DNA of 36,243 nt from Candidatus Komeilibacteria bacterium (GTDB taxonomy: Bacteria; Patescibacteriota; Patescibacteriia; UBA1558): positions 1 to 36,243 of the forward strand of contig JBLYPW010000001.1 in the NCBI GenBank assembly GCA_048538275.1. The letters are read 5' to 3'. Positions 8,828-16,622 of the stretch are shown piece by piece. How positions within the stretch are numbered: position 1 is the first letter of the stretch; each line of letters begins with the position of its first letter. The notes beneath the pieces are model-generated. The model was not told where the DNA came from. It did not search any database and was given only the letters and a program-made list of their open reading frames with translations. The position numbers and the translations under genes were made by a program.

Positions 8828-9772
8828 TTGATCATGGCAGAAAAAAATATAGACCAATGGTTACGCTCCTTTTTGGAGTATTTGGAGATAGAAAAGAATC
8901 GTAGCGCTTTGACGGTGCGTAATTATGAATTTTATCTATCTCGTTTTATTGATTGGACTAAGGTAAAAAAACCAGCTGATATAGATTTGGAGTTGGTCAA
9001 GCAATTTCGTTTACGTCTCAACCGTTTGACCGTGAACGGCAAGTCATTGCAAAAGAGCACGCAGAACTACCATATTATAGCTTTGCGTTCTTTCTTGAAA
9101 TATTTAGCTAAGAATGATGTGAAAACCTTGGCGCCGGAAAAATTAGAGTTGGCCAAGATTGGCGAGCGGACAGTAGATTTTTTGGATGGTTCTGATCTAG
9201 AAAGAATCTTACAAGCGCCTTTGCAGGGCAATAATAAAAAAATTATTAAAGCACGGGACAAGGCAATTTTGGAAACTTTGTTTGCAACCGGATTGCGCGT
9301 TTCAGAGCTGGTAAATCTTAAACAGGATCAGATTAATTTAGCTAAAGATGAATTTACCGTTCGTGGCAAGGGTAATAAGCCGCGCATTGTTTTTTTATCT
9401 AATCACGCCAAGCATTGGTTAGGTGAATATTTGAATTTACGTCATGACACTTCGCCTTATTTATTTACCGCTCATGATCGTGCCAGTAAACAGCGTGAGG
9501 ATGAGGAACGGCCGTTGACGGTCCGGTCAGTAGAAAGATTGGTGGCTAAGTACGCGCGCGCCGCCGGCATTACTAAACAAGTAACGCCACATACTCTACG
9601 CCATTCTTATGCTACGGATTTATTGCAAGGCGGCGCGGATATTCGTAGCGTACAGGCGATGCTTGGTCATTCTAGTATTACAACTACACAAATTTATACG
9701 CACATTACTAACCAACAATTAAAGGACGTTCATAAAGCTTTTCATGGACGTTCACGTAAGAAAGGTTCATAA
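8828..9772 (+). CDS. Tyrosine recombinase, XerC/XerD family (start may be ATG 8834)
   Basis: RDKAILETLFATGLRVSEL, GKGNKPR, TPHTLRHSYAT, LGHSSITTTQIYT; N-terminal SAM-like domain. Confidence 0.93.
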   Translation: MIMAEKNIDQWLRSFLEYLEIEKNRSALTVRNYEFYLSRFIDWTKVKKPADIDLELVKQFRLRLNRLTVNGKSLQKSTQNYHIIALRSFLKYLAKNDVKTLAPEKLELAKIGERTVDFLDGSDLERILQAPLQGNNKKIIKARDKAILETLFATGLRVSELVNLKQDQINLAKDEFTVRGKGNKPRIVFLSNHAKHWLGEYLNLRHDTSPYLFTAHDRASKQREDEERPLTVRSVERLVAKYARAAGITKQVTPHTLRHSYATDLLQGGADIRSVQAMLGHSSITTTQIYTHITNQQLKDVHKAFHGRSRKKGS

Positions 9773-9776
9773 AAGT

Positions 9777-10007
9777 ATGAGCGAAAAAATGCCGCAGGGC
9801 GAACGGCTTTGTCAGGTTTGCCAAACCGAGCCCGCCACTATTGAGGGTTTATGCGAGTTTTGTTATGCGGAGATAGTAGAAAATAAATTTATGGATAAGC
9901 CACGCGAGGTAATACCTAAACACGGCCAAAGCCTGAAAGAAAATCAGGATTTGCAATCCGATCGCGCCTGGCGTAAGATACACAAAATCAAGAAAAATCG
10001 TTCTTAA
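9777..10007 (+). CDS. Small CxxC..CxxC putative zinc-binding protein (76 aa)
   Basis: ATG 4 nt after the recombinase stop; CQVC...LCEFC. Confidence 0.6.
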   Translation: MSEKMPQGERLCQVCQTEPATIEGLCEFCYAEIVENKFMDKPREVIPKHGQSLKENQDLQSDRAWRKIHKIKKNRS

Positions 10008-10021
10008 AGAACGGTTTCTAA

Positions 10022-10096
10022 GCCCTTGTAGTTCAACGGATAGAACACGGGTTTCCGGAACCCGCGATGGAGGTTCAATTCCTCCCAAGGGCACCA
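10022..10096 (+). tRNA. tRNA-Arg(CCG)
   Basis: GCCCTTG...CGGGT-TT-CCG-GA-ACCCG...GGTTCAATTCC...CAAGGGC-ACCA. Confidence 0.95.
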
Positions 10097-10139
10097 CGTC
10101 AGTAGAGTTAATTCACAAATTAACTCTACTGACGTGGTG
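10092..10139. repeat. Perfect 22-bp inverted repeat overlapping the tRNA 3' end
   Basis: CACCACGTCAGTAGAGTTAATT-CACA-AATTAACTCTACTGACGTGGTG. Confidence 0.85.
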
Positions 10140-10212
10140 AGCCACCATTTACTAGCGTAATTTAATTTCCCGAAATTGTACCAAAGGTCATATAAGGGAA
10201 AGGTTAAAATAT

Positions 10213-11211
10213 ATGTCACCAGAACAAGAATTTAAATTTCAACCCTCCATAACTGAAGAGTCAGAAAATTTGATTAATGATTCGGCAAAACAACAGAACA
10301 TTACTTCCAAAATTGAGCAATTTTATAAAAAACCTGTGACTGAAGAAGAGTTGGTCAAAAACATTAGAATATTAAAAGAAATTCCTGAAGATGTAAGCGA
10401 TCCAAAAGTTGTTATCAAATTAGGTTCGCCAGATAGGGCACACAAATTTGTGTTTATGGAAGATGATAGCGGACGACAATACGTGATTGCCTTACCGATA
10501 GAAAAGAAAGCGTTTCATCGCGATATTGCAAACTTTTCAAGAAAATTATATCAAAAAAATTTGCAAGTCATAGGAGGAGGATATATCCATCGCGATGGTG
10601 ACAATCTTGTGGTAGATGGAACGTCTGGTGATTATGGTGAAGCGCCAAAAGAGATAGTTCGGGACATATTGAAAAAGAAATTTCCTGATTTGAATATTGA
10701 AGTTTTTGCTCTTGAAGACCATGATCAAGTGAATAAGGAAGAAGAGCTACAAAGAAAACTAGAAAGCTTGAAAACGACAGTGCAGAAAGAGCTTTATACT
10801 GATGTATTAAATAAGGCGGTTAAGCTGGGCTGTGATTATACAAGATTGCCAGAACAAATCGCGAACAAGGATGATTTAGCCTATATGGTTTATTCTAGTG
10901 AAAATGGATCAAGTTTTGGATTTGATACTCTTTACTTAGGTTACCAGGATAAGAATCAAGAGATAAAAAGTAAGGCTGTTTTAAGGGAAAGAGGTTATAT
11001 TCATGTTAATCAAGTGGATTTGCAAGACGATCAAGTATTTTTTACATATAGGGTGGCTGGTGAAGAAAAAAAATTAGCAATTTCTTTAGATAAAATCGAA
11101 CAATTTGAAACTATAACAAATTTGGATGATACTGAAAAACAGTTATTGCAAATGTATCAAGATATGAAAGGAGCGTTTGCTAATGCGAACGTGTATCATG
11201 GTATTGGATAA
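10213..11211 (+). CDS. Protein with a Janus/Ocnus (PHPT1-like phosphohistidine phosphatase) domain at about aa 65-165 and an unknown C-terminal domain
   Basis: KFVFM...FHRDI...IGGGYI...VDGTSGDYG.A...ILKKKFPD parallels PHPT1 KYVLI...YHADI...LGGGRI...VYGYSMAYG.A...IKAKYPD (recalled sequence). Confidence 0.65.
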   Translation: MSPEQEFKFQPSITEESENLINDSAKQQNITSKIEQFYKKPVTEEELVKNIRILKEIPEDVSDPKVVIKLGSPDRAHKFVFMEDDSGRQYVIALPIEKKAFHRDIANFSRKLYQKNLQVIGGGYIHRDGDNLVVDGTSGDYGEAPKEIVRDILKKKFPDLNIEVFALEDHDQVNKEEELQRKLESLKTTVQKELYTDVLNKAVKLGCDYTRLPEQIANKDDLAYMVYSSENGSSFGFDTLYLGYQDKNQEIKSKAVLRERGYIHVNQVDLQDDQVFFTYRVAGEEKKLAISLDKIEQFETITNLDDTEKQLLQMYQDMKGAFANANVYHGIG

Positions 11212-11233
11212 CATTATTTGATTGTATTTTACT

Positions 11234-11995
11234 ATGGAAAAATTTGAACGCGAAGGACAAAAGTACTGGGAAGGGTTTGGGACAAGTTTAGAGTTGCTGC
11301 CGCGACTACATTTTGATTTTGTAAATGCAAAAAAATACGTTGAACTTTTAGAAAGGTATGATTTATGAGATAAAAAGATAATTGATATTGGCGCCGGTTA
11401 CCCGACTGCAAAATCCTTTTCCAAAAAAGAATTATCTCCACTTGCTTCAGAACTTCAGGAAATTCTTGAAAATCGTGGTGCAAAAATAATCGCGGTGGAT
11501 ATTGCCAAGGCGCCACTGGAAGCACAAAAGGAGGTTGGCAGAGAACCAGTTTTAGGTAGTGCCTTTCATCTCCCTTTTAAAACGGAATCAATAGACGGTG
11601 GGGCAAGTATTTTGAATCTATTTAATTCATCTTTCAAGGGAGGGGGCGGCAATGAGGTTTTTATAAAGCCAGAGGAATGCAAACAGATTTTACAAGAAGT
11701 GTATAGGGTTTTACAGAGTGGAAAATTTGTTATCGTTAATAACTATGGTTATGTCATAGTGAATCTTGATAATTTGATGAAAATAAATGGCCCCGTAGAT
11801 AATGAAATGATTACTTCTGAAATGATTAATGAATTGGCAGAACAAGTTGGTTTTCAGAATAGCGAAACAGTCCCACTTGATGAGGATCGTATTAAATTAG
11901 CTAGTAAATTTATAATTAAATCCTTTCCAGAAGTATTAAGAGATAGAATAAAGGTTGAGATTAAGTGTTCTGGCTCGTTGCTTTTGGAAAAATAA
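11234..11995 (+). pseudogene. Class I SAM-dependent methyltransferase interrupted by an in-frame TGA (11366-11368)
   Basis: ATG at 11234 is in frame with the 11495 ORF: MEKFERE...ERYDL*DKKIIDIGAG...IIAVDIA...GSAFHLPF...LQEVYRVLQSGKFVIV. Confidence 0.75.
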
Positions 11996-12169
11996 AATAG
12001 GTATCAATTTTTATTATTTGAAATTTGCGTCATAAAGGATTTTAACTTAACATTCATCTTGTTCAAAACAAGTTTGCGCATTTTAAAACAAAGGACATTA
12101 TGTGAATAGAAGAGATTTATTAATTTAATATAATAATTGATAAATATTAATAATTTAAACAAATTTTAT

Positions 12170-12439
12170 ATGGAAAAAATGAATCATAATGGTAGTGAAA
12201 AACTGCCGGAAGCCCCGGAAAAATTGGCTGAACAGGAAGTTGTTAAAATAGGCAAGTTAATTCAAGATGAGCGTTTGCAAATTGATGAGGATAAAGAGCA
12301 CTTTACCATTCATACCAATGGTAGAGTACAATATATTCCCAAATGGAAAAGGATTTTGATAGACAAGGGCGGTCAGCGTGGCTGGATTAAGATTGAAGAT
12401 TATTTGCGCGGTATCTTAAGGGATTTGCCCGAAGATTAG
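12170..12439 (+). CDS. Hypothetical protein (about 89 aa)
   Basis: ORF from ATG 12170 with typical codon composition; no family recognised. Confidence 0.6.
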   Translation: MEKMNHNGSEKLPEAPEKLAEQEVVKIGKLIQDERLQIDEDKEHFTIHTNGRVQYIPKWKRILIDKGGQRGWIKIEDYLRGILRDLPED

Positions 12440-12491
12440 ATGTGTGAATAATTGGACCGGCTTAGATTTATTTATTAGGTTTTATCAAGGG

Positions 12492-12520
12492 TTGACAATT
12501 AGCTTATTTTTATTTAGAAT
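12492..12520 (+). promoter_or_regulatory. Sigma70-type promoter upstream of the repeat/tRNA-Arg unit
   Basis: TTGACA-17-TAGAAT. Confidence 0.55.
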
Positions 12521-12617
12521 AGGGCGTGCCCTGGTCATTTTCAAATGACTGGGCATGTCCAGTCATTTAAAAAGGATTGTATATGTATATTATTTTTTAA
12601 AGGTGTGTTGTTTTAAT

Positions 12618-12747
12618 GCCCTCGTAGTTTCCGCCTCCGACAGATCTCCCGCAGGGAGATGAAGTCCGATTCACTAGCCCTCGTAGTTTCCGCCATAGGC
12701 GGACCAGCCTCTGGCTGGCAAAGTCCGATTCACTAGCCCTCGTAGTT
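12618..12747 (+). repeat. Two 59-nt tandem units, each starting with the tRNA-Arg(TCT) 5' end
   Basis: GCCCTCGTAGTT at 12618, 12677 and 12736; each unit is GCCCTCGTAGTTTCCGCC + 26-nt variable hairpin + AAGTCCGATTCACTA. Confidence 0.9.
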
Positions 12748-12810
12748 CAAAGGATAGAACAACGGCCTTCTAAGCCGTGGATCTAGGTTCGATTCCTAGC
12801 GAGGGTACCA
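12736..12810 (+). tRNA. tRNA-Arg(TCT)
   Basis: GCCCTCG...ACGGC-CT-TCT-AA-GCCGT...GGTTCGATTCC...CGAGGGT-ACCA. Confidence 0.95.
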
Positions 12811-12969
12811 TTTTGCAGTCAGGCATTGCAATTATATATTTCTAAACCAGTTAGCAATATTACGTTTAAGCAGATTTGTCTGCTCATTGCATGCTTATTA
12901 CTTTTTTTCTCGCCAAGCTAGAAAATAAGTGACTCGTATATTTATTAGAAAAGAAAGGATTAATTTATT

Positions 12970-13296
12970 ATGTCAGATAATAAAATAGAGACAATAGACA
13001 ATGCAGCACCGGTGAGCTATGTGGAATTACCACCCATGAAGGATATTGTCCGGGAAAAGTTACAAGAGTTTGTTAGTAAAAGTGGTCTGCGTGATTGGGC
13101 CAATAAAGATGATGCCGGCAAAGAGTTGTTTTATGATTTTATTCGTACGGCTTATGACCACGGCGACTTGAATATAGCAGCAGATGAGTTTGCTCAGGCA
13201 GTACGTAGTAGCAATGATGAAGTTGCGGCCGAGCAGATTGAAGAATTTTATCAAAAATACCACAAAGGTATAGAGATATTGCTTTTAAGAATATAG
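12970..13296 (+). CDS. Hypothetical acidic helical protein
   Basis: 108-aa ORF with AAAGGA RBS. Confidence 0.65.
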   Translation: MSDNKIETIDNAAPVSYVELPPMKDIVREKLQEFVSKSGLRDWANKDDAGKELFYDFIRTAYDHGDLNIAADEFAQAVRSSNDEVAAEQIEEFYQKYHKGIEILLLRI

Positions 13297-13305
13297 TACT
13301 TACAT

Positions 13306-13381
13306 GGTGGCTATGGTGTAACGGTTAACACAGCGGTTTGTGGTACCGCTAATGAGGGTTCAATTCCCTCTAGCCACCCCA
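13306..13381 (+). tRNA. tRNA-His(GTG), G-1 encoded
   Basis: GGTGGCTA...GCGGT-TT-GTG-GT-ACCGC...GGTTCAATTCC...TAGCCACC-CCA. Confidence 0.95.
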
Positions 13382-13384
13382 GTT

Positions 13385-13411
13385 AAAAAGCAGCTATTTT
13401 AGCTGTTTTTT
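13385..13411 (+). terminator. Terminator after tRNA-His
   Basis: AAAAAGCAGCTA-TTT-TAGCTGTTTTTT. Confidence 0.75.
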
Positions 13412-13431
13412 AGTTTATAAGATAAAAAAGT

Positions 13432-13460
13432 TTGACATTTAAGGCCTGTGGACGTAAGAT
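13432..13460 (+). promoter_or_regulatory. Promoter of the RiPP locus
   Basis: TTGACA-17-TAAGAT upstream of the precursor RBS. Confidence 0.55.
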
Positions 13461-13509
13461 TTTAATATAGCTATTTAACAAACAAAACAACAGAAAAGAG
13501 GTGAGAAGC

Positions 13510-13653
13510 GTGAAAAAAAACAGTACACCCAAGCCATTGATTTTGGACTTGCGCCAACCAATAGAAGACATCTATAAAGGTGGTGAAAAAGCTATGGAGG
13601 GGTTTACCACACATGGTACTCCCAATGATCCAGATAGTGGTGGAACAGATTAA
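13510..13653 (+). CDS. Putative graspetide (ATP-grasp RiPP) precursor, 47 aa: MKKNSTPKPLILDLRQPIEDIYKGGEKAMEGFTTHGTPNDPDSGGTD
   Basis: GAGGTG RBS 6 nt before GTG; KPLIL leader-like motif; T/S/D-rich C-terminal core; immediately upstream of the ATP-grasp gene. Not in the supplied ORF track. Confidence 0.75.
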   Translation: MKKNSTPKPLILDLRQPIEDIYKGGEKAMEGFTTHGTPNDPDSGGTD

Positions 13654-13656
13654 TGC

Positions 13657-13682
13657 AAAAGGAGGTGTAGCCACCTCCTTTT
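13657..13682 (+). terminator. Stem-loop between precursor and ATP-grasp gene
   Basis: AAAAGGAGGTG-TAGC-CACCTCCTTTT. Confidence 0.7.
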
Positions 13683-13710
13683 CTATTCTGAAAATTATAG
13701 AATTAAGGAG

Positions 13711-14646
13711 GTGGGTATGATACTCATTATAGGTAACGATAGAGATGGAACTGATAAGGTTTACGATTTTATAAATAGTGAATCTGATCAGCGTGTTGTT
13801 AAATATGACGCTAGGTCATGTTTGGATACAGACTTTATTACAATTTCATTTGAAGACAATGAAATGACACTCAATGTTAAGAATGCAAATGAAGTTATAA
13901 GCTCAGAAGAAATTGATAAGGTGTGGTTTTGGAAGCCAATACTTCCAAAGGGATTAAGATCTGTAGAGCCGCATGAGGATGCCGTTTATATTCATAGGCA
14001 GTTTATTGCATTGTGGCGCGCTATACCATTTATTTTGCGTGATGCAAAGATGTTTAATGGATACATAGAGTCTCTCATTGCTGAGAATAAGCCCTATCAA
14101 CTTAGTTTGGCATCTGATCTCGGGTTTAAGATTCCTCGCACACTTATGACATCTGATCCGGAAAGTTTAGAAAAGATGTGGGAATCATCAGATGATGAGC
14201 TTATTATAAAGACATTGTCTTCGACTCTTAGTGACAAACATGTTCTGTTTGCACATAAGCTTGATGAAAGTCTTTATGAGCAAAGAGATAGAATTAGATC
14301 ATCACCAAGTATATTTCAGCAATTGGTAGACAAGGTGTACGATATGAGAGTTACCATTGTTGGAGATTTGGTGTTTGCTGTTAAGGTGGTGACAGAAAAG
14401 AAACTGGATTGGCGTTCAGGTAAAATGGATCTAGAAGTAATCAATCTTCCAGATGAAATTGCCCAAATGTGTGTACAGCTAGTAAAGTCATTGAAATTGA
14501 ATTATGGCAGTATAGATCTGAGTTTGGACAAAAAGGGAAATTATTACTTTCTGGAAATTAATCCTAACGGGCAGTATAGATTTGTTGAGGAGAAAACAAG
14601 CCTGCCAATAAGTGCAGCAATTGCACAATACATCATTAGTATGTAA
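13711..14646 (+). CDS. ATP-grasp peptide maturase (MvdC/MvdD-like, RimK superfamily)
   Basis: AENKPYQL.LA...GF.IP.TL.T, IIKTLS, P.IFQ..V...YDMRVTIVG, LDWR, YG.IDL and FLEINPNGQY motifs. Confidence 0.88.
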   Translation: MGMILIIGNDRDGTDKVYDFINSESDQRVVKYDARSCLDTDFITISFEDNEMTLNVKNANEVISSEEIDKVWFWKPILPKGLRSVEPHEDAVYIHRQFIALWRAIPFILRDAKMFNGYIESLIAENKPYQLSLASDLGFKIPRTLMTSDPESLEKMWESSDDELIIKTLSSTLSDKHVLFAHKLDESLYEQRDRIRSSPSIFQQLVDKVYDMRVTIVGDLVFAVKVVTEKKLDWRSGKMDLEVINLPDEIAQMCVQLVKSLKLNYGSIDLSLDKKGNYYFLEINPNGQYRFVEEKTSLPISAAIAQYIISM

Positions 14647-14649
14647 AAT

Positions 14650-14676
14650 AAAGGAGCTCGTAAGGGCTCCTTTTTT
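14650..14676 (+). terminator. Terminator after the ATP-grasp gene
   Basis: AAAGGAGCTC-GTAA-GGGCTCCTTTTTT. Confidence 0.75.
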
Positions 14677-14697
14677 GACGACTATTTATATATAACT

Positions 14698-15228
14698 ATG
14701 AAAAATAAGCAATTAATTGAATCAATTACCAAGAGAGCTAAAGCAGATCAAAAGCTCAGAGCTAGGGTACAAAAAGGCGGCATAACAAATAAAGAGTGGA
14801 ATAAGGTGTTAAAGTTGGATGAACAGAATATAAAATTTGTTAAAAAAACCATAGATAAATATGGTTGGCCAACTTTTGACTTAATTGGTAAAAGAGCCTC
14901 CCATTATTTTTGGTTACTAGTTCAGCATGCTGACAAGGATATAAAACTACAAAAGAAAGCCCTTCAATCACTTAAGGAAGAGGTTTCTCGTGGCCAGGCC
15001 TACGCTAGAAATTTTGCCTATTTAACGGATAGAGTTTTAACAGCAGAATCTAAAAAACAGGTATACGGTACACAGTTCATTGTTAAGGGGAAAAAATTGG
15101 TTGTTAAACCTGTAAGAAATATGAAAAAAGTGAATCAACTAAGAAAGTCTGCTAGCCTAACTCCTTTAGGGGTAGCAACAAGAAAGATAAATAAGGAGTA
15201 TAGTGGGTTCTTAAGGGGTAGAAAGTAG
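14698..15228 (+). CDS. DUF6624-like protein
   Basis: DQ..R, I..YGWP, WLLVQHAD, AYLTDR and Q.YGTQF motifs. Confidence 0.7.
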   Translation: MKNKQLIESITKRAKADQKLRARVQKGGITNKEWNKVLKLDEQNIKFVKKTIDKYGWPTFDLIGKRASHYFWLLVQHADKDIKLQKKALQSLKEEVSRGQAYARNFAYLTDRVLTAESKKQVYGTQFIVKGKKLVVKPVRNMKKVNQLRKSASLTPLGVATRKINKEYSGFLRGRK

Positions 15229-15492
15229 CTTTTGAATTACAGAGTACTGTTGCCAAACATTATTAACTTGATCTAGGGGGAATATTTTAATAAAGTCACG
15301 ACTACCACCCCAGCAAGTCAAACTTGTTGTTCAATAGGACAGAAAGTTTGACGCAGCTGCCGAGTTTGAATAAGCCCAGATACATATTGGACAACAAAAG
15401 AGGTCAAAAATGGGCTAGACTAATACAATCCCTTGATTTTCTTTTGCTTTTTCGCTAGAATAAGCATAGCTTATATTAATAACATTACATTT

Positions 15493-15621
15493 ATGCCGGG
15501 AAAAAGACGTACAGCTATTGGCAAGCGCAAGCGTTCCCATTCGCACAAGACTGCCAAGCGATTGGAAACTAAGCGTTTGATGTTAGAAGCCAAGGCTAAA
15601 CAAAGAAAAGGTAAAAAATAA
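15493..15621 (+). CDS. Small highly basic protein (42 aa, MPGKRRTAIGKRKRSHSHKTAKRLETKRLMLEAKAKQRKGKK)
   Basis: ATG at 15493, K/R-rich, followed by a terminator-like hairpin (15629-15659). Confidence 0.65.
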   Translation: MPGKRRTAIGKRKRSHSHKTAKRLETKRLMLEAKAKQRKGKK

Positions 15622-15690
15622 TACTTACAAAGCCCTCTGATGGTTAGTGGAGGGTTTTTGTTTTACTAAAAATTTGTTGAGATCATTTCA

Positions 15691-16059
15691 ATGAAGATAT
15701 CTCCGGATAAAATATATTTAGCCAAATCACCACTCGGTGGACGGGGCATGTTTGCCAGGGTGGATATCAAGAAAGGCCAGGTTGTGGAGACCGCGCCTTA
15801 TGTTTTGGTTGATAAAGATGATTGCACTTGTGCTTTGGCAGACTATAAATTTGCCCATAGCAAAACCAAGGAGCTGGTTTGTTTGGGTTATGGTGCTATG
15901 TATAATCATGCTAAGCGGCCAAATTTGGAACATAGATACTCTAATCGTTTTAAAAATTGCTTGGATTTTATTGCTTTGCGTGATATTAAGTCAGGCGAAG
16001 AGTTGTTGGTCAGTTATGGCGATGATTGGTGGGCGGAGCGTGGTAAAAAAGAATTATAA
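15691..16059 (+). CDS. SET domain protein-lysine methyltransferase
   Basis: S..GGRGMFA..DI.KG, YNH...PN and ALRDI.SGEEL..SYG motifs. Confidence 0.92.
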   Translation: MKISPDKIYLAKSPLGGRGMFARVDIKKGQVVETAPYVLVDKDDCTCALADYKFAHSKTKELVCLGYGAMYNHAKRPNLEHRYSNRFKNCLDFIALRDIKSGEELLVSYGDDWWAERGKKEL

Positions 16060-16063
16060 TATA

Positions 16064-16104
16064 AAATAAAAAACTCGTTGTGAATTACAACGAGTTTTTA
16101 TTTA
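16064..16104. terminator. Bidirectional terminator between convergent genes
   Basis: AAATAAAAAACTCGTTGT...ACAACGAGTTTTTATTT. Confidence 0.75.
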
Positions 16105-16122
16105 AATGTTTGGCAAATTATG

Positions 16123-16622
16123 TCAAAATTTATTATCTGCCAAAATCTCTTTGGTAGAGCGACTATGTTTAGCCATAGCGGCGGCTTCCTGATATAATTG
16201 CGCCTTGCTTTTTTTTATCCACCCCTGACCACTTCTGAATTTATAGCTCATCTGGTTAAACGGCCAGAGCCATTGTACGCCGTCAAAGTTTTTGTCGATG
16301 GTGTCATGAACAAGGTGAAAAAATATAGCGCAAGTTGTGAGCAGGCCAAACCCAGTTCCTAGATACCAGGCGCTAGTTAAATAAACAATTAGCAATGCTG
16401 GTAATGGTTTGTGAAACCAGAATTTATGAGTATAGGAACGCTCATCTAGTAAAGAGTTTAATTGGAACTTTTTCTCTTTTTTGACGTAGCTGCGCCACAG
16501 TTCATTGAAGACGATGTCGCTGTCCAGAATGAAGGCCGCCAGCAATACCCATAGGGAGTTAAGGCCATAATTGCCGAGCAGGTGCCCGCCAGGCACGCTC
16601 CTAGGAGAAGATCAATGAGCAT
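16123..16622 (-). pseudogene. Membrane-bound metal-dependent hydrolase (YdjM-like) with an apparent 1-nt frameshift near 16585
   Basis: GGAAGG RBS plus ATG 16622 gives MLIDLLLGACLA in a different frame from HLLGNYG...LDSD...THKFWFH...HLVHD...GVQWLWP. Confidence 0.6.

Noticed and set aside
8828-9772. Prophage or island integrase
   Set aside because: Looks like a chromosomal XerC/D (about 310 aa, no arm-binding domain); no phage genes and no att duplication found.
11366-11368. Genetic code 25 (UGA=Gly) or selenocysteine recoding
   Set aside because: TGA is a real stop for the ECF sigma gene (ATGA overlap) and for the 16123 gene; long genes have no internal TGA; no evident SECIS or catalytic Cys position.
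12618-12747. CRISPR array
   Set aside because: Only two units, the repeat is the tRNA 5' end, the spacers are self-complementary hairpins, and there are no cas genes in the window.
13471-13674. Minus-strand 67-aa ORF in the track
   Set aside because: Antisense to the better-supported plus-strand precursor ORF, which has a promoter, an RBS and operon context.
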